Of a stretch of 64,000 bases of DNA, positions 37,001-50,200 are shown in pieces; within the stretch, counting starts at the first letter, position 1; every line of letters starts with the position of its first letter. The DNA comes from Azolla caroliniana (taxonomy: Eukaryota; Plantae; Polypodiophyta). The stretch lies in contig JBHGNT010000009.1 of NCBI GenBank assembly GCA_043228905.1, positions 5,394,001 to 5,458,000 of the forward strand. The letters are read 5' to 3'. The translations under genes and the position numbers were made by a program. Under the pieces are notes generated by a model that had not been told where the DNA came from, ran no database searches, and was given only the letters and a program-made list of their open reading frames with translations.

Positions 37001-38825
37001 GAAGGGTGTTCCCTTCCTTTTATAGAACAAGGAAAGGGATGCGTTACAATGTGGGACAAATGCCGCCTTACATGGGATCGTCTGCCCCGACTTGACTAGT
37101 CTTCGGCGCCATAAAGGCGCCCTCGATTTCACACTAAATGTACATGGGTGCGTACACACGTTGCACCCCGCCGATTTAGCCAATGTTTCCCGGTTTCCGC
37201 CTCTGGCCGAAATTCTTCACGACACCGGATTGGTGACAAGGTGTCCGCGCATGAGCTATATTTCGGATGCAAGCCAAATTTGCGACACCTTCGGATATTC
37301 GGTAGCATTGCATATGTGCATGTGCCGGATGAGAAGCGGAGGAAGTTGGATGCAAAGTTGGAGAAATGCATCCTGGTCGGTTACTCGCATGAGCAAAAGG
37401 GGTATAACTGTTATAACCCTCGGACGAAGTAGGTCTGAGTTAGCCGGGATGTTGAGTTTGATGAGACGGCGTCATGGTATGCCTTACCGGCTCCGACTTC
37501 CGACCCCGAACTGATACCGGAGGATGAGGATAGTGAGCCTGAACTGGTCCAGTTAGATGATGAAGACTTCGGCACTCTAGAAGAGAGTCCGATCTCACTC
37601 CGGCTAAGTGGACTGAATGAGCGACTGAGTCGGGATGACCAGCACGGATGAGGAACCGACGAGTAGTGGAGACTTTGCCGTGCTCTCCCCGCGCAAGGAA
37701 CCGAGGAGACGGTTCATGCGCAAAGAGAAGGGAAAGAAGAAGATGACGGAATACGAAACCGGCAACGTTGAGTTGGATTGGAGTGAATCCAACTCCGGAA
37801 AGGATGAAGGCAGATCTTCGGCAGCAAAGACTGCACCGGCCAAGAAGGGCCTCAAACCGGGTAACGATAGATTACGCCGGTCTTCCCGTTAGAAGAAACC
37901 CGTGAAGCGGTACGGGTACAATGAGTACATGGCGCATCACTATGCGTACATGACCAATGTGGCGCAAGTGCGTGAGCCGGAGAGCTACGCAAAAGCGGCA
38001 AGGGACGCAAATTGGTGTGCCGCTATGGAGGAAGAAATGCAGGCACTTGATGCGAACGACACATGGGACCTAGTTGACCCTCCCCGACACTGTAAACCGA
38101 TAGGATGTAAGTGGGTGTACAAGGTAAAGTACAATGTTGATGGTTCGGTTAACCGGTACAAGGCTTGGTTAGTGGTGAAGGGATACACGCAGACCCACGG
38201 GATCGACTACGATGAGACCTTTGCTCCGGTAGCGAAGATGACGGCGGTTTGTGTGGTGTTGGTGGTTGCTACGACAAGAGGGTGGCATCTTCACCAGATG
38301 GACGTGAAGAATGCATTTCTTCAAGGAGATCTTGAAGAAGAGGTCTTTATGACCCAACCCCTCGGTTTCCAGTCGGAGATGAACAAGTCGGCGGTATGCC
38401 GACTGAAGAAGTCACTTTATGGCTTGAAGCAAGCCCCCTGAGCTTGGAATGCGAAGATCACGCACCGGTTGCATAAGATGGGGTTTGTGGCCTCCAAGTC
38501 TGACTCTTCGTTGTTCATCCGACAAGGTCCGGACGGTCCAGTTTGCATCTTATTGTATGTTGATGATCTAGTCATCACTGGACCCGGACTCGATGAAATC
38601 AATCGAGTCAAGTCCCAACTGTCGGACACATTTGAGATGAAGGACCTGGGGGACCTTCACTATTTCCTTGGGATCGAAGTGATCTGAACCCCCGACGGCA
38701 TACTGCTCTCACAAAGACACTATGTGTTGACTATGCTGTACAAGTTCGGCATTACGGAATGCCGATTGATCTGCACACCCAAGGATCGGAACTAGAAGCT
38801 CCGTCCCGACTCTGGACTGGCCTGC
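34001..38825 (+). mobile_element. Copia B2, 5' part (5' LTR 34001-34390, PBS, gag, PR, INT, RT N-terminus), decayed
   Basis: LTR preceded by ATCTG, PBS TGGTATCAGAGC 34391-34402, LWHKWIGH, SDGGKEY, FYWAEAV, RT ORF 37902..38441, LYVDDL. Confidence 0.9.
36459..37224 (-). mobile_element. Solo LTR with 4-bp TSD inserted in the B2 integrase
   Basis: TGTCG...CGACA termini, TSD CCGG/CCGG (host reads N-R-I-G-D across it), right end GCCGAAATTCTTCACGACA nearly identical to 12272-12290. Confidence 0.85.
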
Positions 38826-38930
38826 TTCACACATGCCAACCGTTCGACCCGTTGTACTCTAGCCTCCTCGCCCCCGACCCTCCATCTCAACACCCACCTA
38901 CCATAGTGCACCCACGAGTGTGCTCTCATT

Positions 38931-39442
38931 AGGTTGGGGGGGATGCTAAGTAGACAGTATGTGGCACACTAGTTGTGAAGATATGGGCACCAACAAGGAA
39001 CACCAACAACCAACCTAAGAAAAGGCGAATAGAAGTTACAAACTAAGTAGGACGAAACGTAAACCAATGGGCAACTTGGTGTGAAGGAGACACACTTTGT
39101 AAAAGTTATTAAACCCACATTGTAGTGTCTTTTATAGCTCTTCTAAAATCTTAAGATTTCTCCTAGAGATTAATGTGCTAAGCCTCCTCTTCTATCTCCA
39201 TAATTTTAATTAAGAGCTAAGAGAGATTAGTGACAGAGGTTAGTAAACGAAACTCTAATCTCTCTCTTTACTTTTGCTCACATGTACAAGAGAGTAAAGC
39301 AAGAGAGGGTAAGAGAAAGATTAACATTAATCGTGTAAAGCTAAGTACGCTAGTATCTTGGAGGTATTTGACAACGATCTTCGCCCGGTTCACCACCAAG
39401 AGAGTATACGCCGGTTCGGATACTAGGCTAACAACATTGACA
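38931..39442 (+). mobile_element. PPT plus 3' LTR remnant (probably Gypsy)
   Basis: GGTTGGGGGGGA followed by TGCTAAG at 38944 and ending CATTGACA at 39442; no partner LTR in the window. Confidence 0.5.
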
Positions 39443-41833
39443 GGAGGCAAAAATCCACTAATTCATAGAAGTGTTTCTATGCGCACATGGAAATGACACA
39501 AAAGAGTGGTTCATTTTGCTTATAACAACATTTTGACTCGTTTTTCTTATTTCATTTTCACATGTAAATTTTGTTTAACTAAATTGACTCCCTAGTTTAG
39601 AGAATGTAACCCATTAGATTTATCCTACACACACACGCACACACATTAGTTTTGCCTTTGTAAGCCATCATTTATTAGTACTCGTTGAATTTGTCTTATA
39701 ATACATAATACATTATCAAAACATAATCTACAGAGGCCCTACTGTGTTCAATATTCCCCTTGAACGCATATAAAGAAGACAAAGCAATGGAGAAGAGTCA
39801 ATATTCGTATGTCTCCTTACGTACTCTTACGTACCACCTAAGTTATGTGTTGTACAACTTGAGTTATGAGTTTCTCTTAATGTTGATTATAGGAAACATG
39901 CTTAGAAGCAAACCCATACATTACACGAATTGGTGGCTTTGATTTTTCATGTTTTGACTTTGAAGGTAGGGAACAGTTGGTGGCAAATTTCAATGGTACA
40001 ACTTTTTTCTTTTAAGGGTGGTACTTTCTAGCCATTTCCTAGAAAAATAAGTTATATTTATCCATACATTGATTAGATAGTGGCATCGTTCTCAGGATAG
40101 ACTATCTTATTGTTAAGTTGACAAAATCATCATTTGATTTATTTTCAAAATATGGCCGTAAAGTTGTTACCCTTTTACTTTGGGAACAATTTGTGTACCC
40201 TAAAAACATTATTATTTGTGCCAATGATCCTTAACTAAATAAATAATAGAACCAACAAAAAAAATCCCATGAAGTATTCTTTATTTCATGAAATGTGCTT
40301 TGTCAAACTTGTCTCGGTCCATTATGTGTGTCCTATTGGATCAATTGTACAGTCAATTTCCCCATTTTTCCAAGTCATATGTCTTGCAATTATATGGGCA
40401 TGATCCACTTTCCCTAAGGGCTCCTCATGGAAATAAACAAAACGTAAGGGTCTTTGGGAAATAACTTAGGAGTTTCAGTTTAGAAAAATATCTAAGTTTA
40501 GACTTTTGTCATAGTGAGAGGAGTGTAGATCTATGGCAATTATTTGAGCGTACATCATATGTAAAGAGGTGAAATTGAAACTATTACTATGCTAGTTGAG
40601 TGCCATACATCAATTAACTATGTTTATTGACTTGCAGGCTAAACTCTCAAATAGTACCTCCTTGGGAGCCTTCACTCAACATCAAAGTGTCCAAATCTTT
40701 AACAAAACATATGCATGATTTACTATATCAAGGGAATGTCATCATATTTTATGATGATTGTATTATGACAAACATTCAACTTAGCTTACATGAATGCTTG
40801 CTTTACATAATATCCTGTTATCAAATATTGATAGGATTGTTGCTAAATCTATGTGTGCTATGATAGATTACCAAATGAACATGAGCAATATGCAATACAA
40901 CTAAATCATTTCATGGTTAATTCCCATTTCATTGAATATAATTCCCTTTGCCTAAAATATATTTCAAGTTGTGTCATGGTTAATTGTAAAAGTTTACTAC
41001 CTAGACAAAATCGTATCATTTTTGCTTTCTAGGCAGAATGCAACTTTAATAGATATTTGAGTATGAAAAAGTCTGTGTTCTTATGCATGCAAATCATGCA
41101 ATTATTCAACAAGTATCTTTGATGTGTATAGAATAATGTTTTACCTTCACTTAAAGTCATCCAAATTCTTTAGATTATAGTGGAGTAAACAATATCTTTA
41201 TGGTTTTCTTGTCAAAGGTAGTTTGACAAATAGGATATCAATCTTATGGCCTAATTTTAAAATTCGTCGTTTATTGCATGCTCATAGACTATCCTAAGAT
41301 GACATAGGCCTAAAGATACTAATCCATTGTGATTTAGATATATCACGCCTACAAGGACAACCTTGTACAACCTTTTTAGGTGATATTTCATAATAAGTGT
41401 GTGTTTGAATAACAAAAACATGAGACATATTTGGAAAAATCATCAAATAACATCATCCTCACCAAATGTGTATAATTGGACTTTGTTCATGCACAATTAT
41501 TAAATGTAGTTTGTGGGACTCATTTAATAGAAATTGCAAACAAATAATGAACAAATAAATATGTTTATGATCAATATTGTTTCGTGTCAAATTTTCGATT
41601 TCTTTCACATTCAATGTGTTTTTCTGACGACAAAACCAATGATACCATAAACGTCATGGACTAGTCAAAATTATTGGAATCAATGGTGATAAATTCAAAC
41701 GTTTATAATTATGGTAAGCATGCAAATGAAGAGTCTTCATGTCTACATGAACCTATAAACTTAATGCAATATGTTTGTGCTCTTTTTTTTCTCTGAAGCT
41801 AGTTCTACATCCCTAAACATAACGAAATTCAAT

Positions 41834-44201
41834 ATGAATTTGATCCATATGCCTTCAACTTCTTTTATTGTAGCCTTTCTCTTGCTCAACATAGTGAAGA
41901 TTGCTCATGCCAATACAAATCAAAGGGATGGTAATGAATTTCTCTTCTCAAACAACTAGTTATATTTATATTCATGGAACTTGATCCAAGGTCATGATAT
42001 CTTAACATATCTCTTCAACATTTTCACAAGTGCTTAAAATTCAATCCTATAACTCCTAACAACAATAGGATTTCTACTCATGTGATGGTATATTTATAAG
42101 TCTCGATCATCAAGTAGCTATACGTATATTGTTTGTTATGCATTGGTGTGTTTATTATCTACTTACATTTAGTAAGGTCCTAGTTAATATATGTGCATAT
42201 CACATAATAGAAGAAATTGGAGGGACATGTTATTAAGATTAAATAATGGACTTAAAATTGGACCTTGTAAGATATGGCATCTCTACATTCAACATTTATA
42301 AAACTCTGCTCACCCAATTTCACTAAGTAGATAAGGAATTATATCAAACCTAATTGTAGGAGTGATGGGTGAGTGAACTCAAAATATTTGTCATTAACTA
42401 AAGAACTAAAGGAGCATGTATACTCCATGAACATGAAGAGACGGATTAATAGAACTACATATAAACAGATAAATTAGGTGGCATACATTGTGATGATATC
42501 ACATTATACTTGAACCACATAATCCTATCATATCAAGGAACGAGCATCTAACCATACATCTATGATGTTGTCTTTCCATTCCTACCCCCTTTGGAGAATT
42601 GTTGATCGTATCCTCTTCAATCCCCCCGGCTACAACATTGAGTTTTAGATCAACTAATTTGATTGTGCTATTAAGGCGTGAGACCTTATGATCACTTGAC
42701 CTCATGAACAATATAGTATATATTCAAGTACCAACACCACTTTTATGTAGGACTATTGTCCTATCTCATCATCATACTTATTATGACATTGTGCTTATGC
42801 GAAGTGTGACACCATGTAAGAAACATATAGTTTTAATGCCCATGAGAGATTGATTGGAATCAATGGGATACACGCAATCTAGCCCATGGCTAGGATCAAA
42901 CATAGGTTTTCTCTATTTTCATGATCTTTGATGCTACGATGGAAACCAACAAGCCAACATATAATTGCTAAATTAAGTGGCTATAAGACCCATTGAAGAT
43001 ATTCCAAAAACAATCATTTTGTTTCATACCAAAAACTTAACCTAAGAAAATCAAAGAAAGACACTTGTTTTCTACTAAATGGAACCAAAGTTTTGCATAT
43101 GTTCTCTATTACATTGCTAAAATTGAGCTTATTTGACTCTAGTGGATGCACTCATAGCACTGCATGATGGATGGCTCAAAAACCCAACATCGTGGGATAC
43201 TAGCAAAGATCCTTGTGATGATGGATGGTTGGGGATTTGGTGCAACGATGATCAAACACGCGTCATTGGAATGTATGAAATCCAACATGTCTTTTCGATG
43301 ACAAATGTTATTTTAAATTTTGCATATTCTAATAATACAAAGAAGCATTTTTTATTAGTATGAACTTTATATTTTTAACCACATGAACATTAAAAACCAA
43401 CATATTATGATCACACTTAGGGAATCAATAGGTCATGAGATTTCATTTAAGGTGAAACCACATTAATTGGACATGGGATTAGCAATGAGAAAATAGATTG
43501 ATAACTTTCGATCAAATGATGTACAATTGTATTATAATATAACAAACTCAATCCTAAACACATTAATAAAGTGCTCACAAAAGTTAGCATATGTTTTCAT
43601 TAGTAGAAAGTCAAGTCCGTATGGGGTTTCACAAAATTTAGCCATCTTCATATTGAACCGACTTGATCATAAATGAAGACCCTATTGAAGCTTCCCTCTC
43701 TAGTTTATTCACATACTAGTCAGGGATTAGGGATCGGCAACGGCTCGGCTCAAGCCTAAACCGTTTGGCTTAGCCGGCTTGAAAACGGCTTAGCGGCTTA
43801 GCGGCTCGGCTCGGCTCGGTTTAGGCTTGAACTTGCCTTAACGGTTTGAGCTCAGCTCGGCTTGGCTTGAGCCTCGCCAAACCGGCTCAAGCCGGCTAAG
43901 CCGGATAAACCGTTTAAGCCGTTTATAAACTTTAGAGAGGGGGAGAGAGACAACAGACAAGGGGAAAGAGAGAGAGAGAGTAAGGGAGGGAGAACTACAT
44001 AGACGAGGAGAGAGAGAGAGAGAGGGAGGGAGACAACATATAAGGAGAGAGAGAGAGAGAGGGAGGGAGACAACATATAAGGAGAGAGAGAGACTACACA
44101 AACGAGGAGAGAGAGAGAGAGGGAGGGAGACAACATATAAGGAGAGGGAGAGAGAGAGAGAGGAACTACATAGAGGGGAGAGACAGAGAGACTACACAGA
44201 G

Positions 44202-44237
<36 letters not shown>

Positions 44238-47200
44238 CTACATAGAGGGGAGAGACAAAGAGACTACACAGAGGGGAGAGAGAGAGAGAGAGAGAGAGAG
44301 AGGAACTACATAGAGGGGAGAGAGAGAGAGAGATGAACTACATAGAGGGGAGAGAGAGAGAGAGAGGAACTACATAGAGGGGAGAGAGAGAGGATTTACA
44401 TAGAGGGGAGAGAGAGGGAGAGGGAGAGAGAGTCGAGACCACAGACGTGAGAGAGAGTGGGAGGGATCATCTGGGAGAGAGAGAGAGGGAGGTAGGGAGA
44501 GAGAGAGAGAGAGAGAGACGGAGGTTTCTAAACCGGTTTCCAAGCCGGTTTGGAAACCGGTTTCCAAGCCGTTTACCAAGCCGGTTCACAAACCGGTTTA
44601 GCATAAACCGGTTTAGCCTAAACCGGTTTGTGAACCGGCTCGGCTCGGCTCGGCTCAGGTTTGAGATCCTGTAAACGGTTTAGGCTTAGCCGGTTTGGCT
44701 TGGATCAGGCCAAACCGGCTAAGCCTAAACCGAACCGTTGCCGATCCCTATCAGGGATGTCATTATAAAGTATCCAAAGGTAGAGAATGGGAGGGTGGTA
44801 TATGTCTACTCTAAAGAACAAGATAAATAAAAAATAATGGGAAAAAAAACTCTAGAATGACATTGGGTTTTTCATTTTTTTCCCAAACGCTCCTCCTTGA
44901 AGTTTTCATTATTTCCCAAATGTTAATTATCACCCCCGTCAACTTGAGGAATTACATATGCTATTGAGCATATATACGATAAACTCGTTCCTTATTCTCA
45001 ATTATATGTATTATTTAGCAATTATATGGTCAATCATCCTCTTTTGCTCATTTCAAGGGCTGGTGAATTATATTTAGTCAATCATCCTCTTTTCCTCACT
45101 TTCAAGGGTTAATGAATGATATTTAGTGAAATATAGAAACTATGGTCATGTATATAGATAAAGAACAAAAGAGTATTTTGAAGGTGCAAATTGAATATAA
45201 AAGACAATGCAAATTGTGGAATCATGTTAGAAGATAGATTGATAGATAGATAAGTGTAATTTAAACCTTGACTAGACCAATTGCGCTTTATGAGATGGGG
45301 CCTAGCCCATGGCATGATCGAATTTGGGTTCTCTCAATTTTATAACTTTGATACTACAAAATAAACTACCAAGTACCTTAGTGGTCGCAGTTTTGGACTT
45401 TGGACTTTTAGACCTTTAAAGAATTGATGATTAAGAGATGAGTTTGAGAAATGAGAAAAGCTAGACAATATAAATGGTTGAAACTTCAAACTGTAAATGT
45501 TATGTCTTGTTGATAGAAACTATATTGTGATGGTTTGAAATGAGTCTCAACGTCAAATGCTAAATTTAATAGTTGGGGCTTAGTTTTTTCAACTATTATA
45601 TTTTCATGTAACACTCAAGTTAGTTTGCTAATCATATTTCGATGAAAATGGTAATAAAGTAACCAAACACATGGAATGTTGGGTTATAATTGTGAGGAAA
45701 CATAACACGATGCAATTTTGGCAAAGCAACCTAGTCTGATTGTAGTTTGAGATTTATGATACATTTTCAACCATGATCACACTTTTCTCTACATTCAAGA
45801 GGCCCAATGGATATAGTGATTTGACTATGAAAATGCAATAATGTATCCTCATTGTTGTTATGGGCATAACTTTAGGAACCCATTGTAAAGCTTGAATTTA
45901 ATGGATTCATGGTGCTTATCAGCACCAACTACCCTTGACTAGAGAATTTGAGACTAATTCAAAACCCAATCGACATCCCATACCACCCATTGACCCAGTA
46001 TAGCCTTGTATTATATCTAAAAATAAACTATGAGCGCTTTTCTGCACCAACAATGTCTCTGCAGCATCTTTGCGAAGTGGGGTCAAAAGGGATAGTTTGT
46101 CCACTTTGTATAGTAGAACTTCTCAACATCCTAGACCAGTGACCACCATGTGGTGTTGTGTGTCCCAAATCCATATGGTTTGCCATGAGTCCTAGGATAG
46201 TCAATTCCCTATTTATCCTACCCTTAAATCCCATTTTTCCCATTTGTGGATGTAACAATTGCATCCTTGGTGCTTTTCTTGGCACCTTAATGAATATTCT
46301 CAAGGTGATTGTTCCCACTAGATTATTTCATGGGTAAACTTTTATGCTCAAGAAATAAACCTTTACACGATGGCACTATGATCATTTTCCTTCAATGTCA
46401 AATCATTTGCTCAATATAAAGCTAATCATTGTAGAGTCCCTAAAATACTATAGCTGGAAAAAACTAAATCAACTTCATGAAACCTCATAGTTAACTCTTG
46501 AACACAACCTTTTAAATAATGTATCATCCGTCATGGTTTCATCTATGCAAATATAAAGACCTAAATTTATGAAATTTTGCACCAAATCATTGATTTTCCT
46601 TTTAAAACATCAAAGACGATAGAAACTATTTGACATCTTTTGGGGTTTAAAATTGTGGGTTGCATTTTCTATTAATCCCTAACTCTTTCACTCAAATTTT
46701 ACTTTATATCCATCCATTGTTGAATGCTTTTTCATTTTGTAGGCTTCTCATTGATCAAAATTTGGAAGGACGAATCTCCCCATTCATTGGAAACTTGACA
46801 AGATTGGTGCACTTGTAGGTTTAATTGATGTCCGAAATGTTCTCCACTAATTTCAAAGATGTTTATATGATTCAAAATGTATTGTAGGGATTTGTCATCT
46901 AATCAAATGTTGGGAGGCACTCTTCCATTAGAGATGGGTAAACTAGAACGTCTGGAGAGATTGTAAGATCTATCAAGTTATAGATTGAATATAACATTGC
47001 ATCTAGTATAAAAATCCACTAATATGGCTTTCTATTTCACAGATTTATTCAAAATTGCAACTTATCAGGAACCATTCCATCAGAAATAGGGAACATGACA
47101 AGATTGCAATACTTGTAAGTTTATATATATATATATATAAGTAACTTTCACATTGGTAACTCTCCCAAAATATTTTAATGAGGTGGGAATGTTTTTCTTC

Positions 47201-50200
47201 AGTGGATTGACAGACAACAACTTAGCGGGATCATTACCACCCACAATCGGTCTTCTTGAAGATATAATTTGGTTGGATGTAGGGGTAAATCGCATTAATG
47301 GGACTCTTCCTGTGTCTAACAATGTGAACATTGGAGTGGGTCTAGACAACCTTACTAAAGCAAGACACTTGTATGTGATAAAGTGCAATTCTCAAACATG
47401 CTACCAAAATGCAATATAATGGATATGAATTGGTTATGTCTTCTCATAGTTTTGTTATTTTGCATACATTCTAAAGTCATCTTGAAAGAAATGAGTTCTC
47501 TGGCCTAATACCACCCTCGTTGTTCAATACTCAACTACGTCTTGTACATATGTAAGTACATTCCACATTTGTTATATCCATTGATGCTAGATTTGTGTCT
47601 CTTTCAACACATGTATAAATTAGCGTGCCCGCACACACTATCGTGTTTTACAATCTTACTCTAAATTTATTGTGTTAGATTGTTGTATGATAATGCTCTT
47701 TTTGGTGAAATTCCTTCCACCATTTCAAATTTGCTTCATGTCGAAATCATGTGAGTATTTGTCGTTTAGTTTTTATCAATCTATTCATACAATTATTTCA
47801 ATACAACAAAGCTCATAGCATAATAAATACAGACGCTTTGATCAAAATTCTCTTAATGGTACGTTGCCGAGTACTATCAGTTCTATAAAAAACCTTACCA
47901 CTCTGTAAGTATTGTTTATAACAATGATATGTTGCATCATATGGATATGGGATTTTAAAATATCTTATTGGTTGTGTAGACAAGTTGATCATAATGCCAT
48001 CACCGGAAGAGTACCAGATTTATTGAACAATACAAAACTACAAATATTGTAAGTACTTGTTGGTACATGTGTGACAAATAGATGGGCCTTGGCAACTTGA
48101 AAGTCTCATCATAGTACCCTACAACATATGAAAACACTCTAAATTGGAGGAGCAAGAGTCCTTTTTATAGGATTAACTAATATTCCTCCAATTAAGAACA
48201 TGCTCATTACTAAGGGCCTTTCATAAAATCTAATGGATGTCTGGTACGTAGGAATTGACCACAAATGTTATACATTTCTTCCTCATATGCCTTTTTTAAT
48301 CTCCACATGCTTTTGCAGAACTATTGGTAACAATCCCCTTGACCCTTTCGAGATTCCTACTTGGATAACTCAATTAACAAACCTTCGTTTTTTGTAAGCA
48401 TTAATATCACATATGGATGATTTTCTTGTTTCTTTTGCATATTTCATATATAATTTCTTTCCATATTTGTTTATTTTGTTTTTCCTTATGGTCAAGGTCC
48501 ATGGACTCAGCAAACTTGATTGGGAACATACCAATTGACTTATTTAGATCCAAGCCCTTCTTAACTAATGTGTAAGGATTGTTGCTTAAAACCTTGTATG
48601 AAATACTTGAAAACATTGACCATGATTTCTAATGTGTAATGGTGCAACAGCTCTTTAGCATCGAATCAACTAAATGGAACCTTAAATCTCACAACTGCCA
48701 GTGCACCAATGATTACGTTAAATCTCACGAACAACCAGTTAACTAATGTTGACAAAGGGAATTATACAAATGCAATTATGTAAGTATTATCTAAACTAAT
48801 ACATAATATATGTTGATATTGTGTACAATATAATGCAACATTCCTTATAAACCTTGAATGAATGCTCCAATCCTTTGTGCTCAAGAGCATGGATTTACAC
48901 CTTGTGAAAGGAAGAATCTTTAACCTCATTTGTCTTTTATAAAGGCTAACAATACATAGGTTTGGCTAATCCTTAATGGAATTGATCAACATCAAAAAGT
49001 TCAATCACTAATTTATTTTTTTTAACAAGATGTCATTTGTTTGTTTGATTTCTAGTTTGGATGAAAATCCTTATTGTGAGATAGTACCGAATGAGTGTAC
49101 CATGATGCAAAATCAAACATTGGTTCCTACACCATCTCCACCAACGTCGACTACATCTAGTTGTACAGAATATTGTTTCCCCAACTATGCGATAAATCCT
49201 AAGGTTAACATTTGTCAATGTGTTCGCCCAGTCGTCGCATATTGTGAATTCTTTGCTGTGAAGGTGCCTATAATTTCTTCTACAGACATTGAGTTTGCTG
49301 AAAACCAATATGTTACAAAATTCAATGAAAATAATGTTGTTCAAGGGTTAACATTTGATATTACCCAATTGACAGTAGAAGTTGTCACCAATTATCTAAT
49401 AGCCATATCAGTATTTCCACCCACTTCAATAACATTGTGGCCTACTACTCATGCAAACAACTTATCCTATGCTATAAAAAATCAAGATATTCAATTCCCA
49501 TCCATTGGACCCATGTCATGTGAATACATTGCAGGACCTTACCCAGAAGGTTTGGAGCATTGAACAATTATCTTGATCATATTTCATTCTTGAATTTGGA
49601 TACCTTTGCATTTATTCTCACATTGAATGCATCATGCAGCTCTAACAGTCGAAACTTTGAGCAAAGGTGCGAAAATTGGAATTGGAGTTGGAGTAGCAAT
49701 ATTTGGGATATTCCTTCTATTTGTTGGATTTTACGTGATCAAAGTAAGGAAAAGAGCTCTAAATGCGGAGAAACTAAACAAACCTTTTGGTAAGCCAATG
49801 TTGTGGTTTTAGGTGTTAGAAAATAGTTTATTTGTTGAGCTTCGAACATGTGAGTTTCTTGTCTTGCCTAGCTTTTTTATGGTCTTTTTCACCTAACTAG
49901 TGACCTCTTTTTGCCAATGAATGTCATGAACAAATTCCTCTATTAGCACTACAACAATGTTGTTCGTTGGCATTATATAATGATGTGTTTGGTCTCAATG
50001 TCATCTTTATTCAAGTAATTAGTCAAGTATCTTCATAGATTCAATCTATATGGAATTTTATTATTTCTATCTATGCAAATACCTACCTCAACAAATGTGA
50101 CCTTCTTTAGGAATGACTTCAAGTGTTATAAAGAATGCAGTTTCATGATGTATTAAGCTATCACTCATTTATGCATTTCCATATGACCCGCTAGAAATTA

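Noticed and set aside
36458-37099. 213-aa ORF as a captured gene
   Set aside because: Lies entirely within a solo LTR and runs through (CA)n and (TA)n microsatellites
39443-39447. GGAGG after the 38944-39442 LTR matching the reverse complement of CCTCC at 31443-31447
   Set aside because: The two LTRs belong to different families, so a 5-bp match is most likely chance
45840-46460. Possible nested gene or retroelement fragment in RLK intron 2
   Set aside because: Short broken ORFs with no motif I can identify confidently
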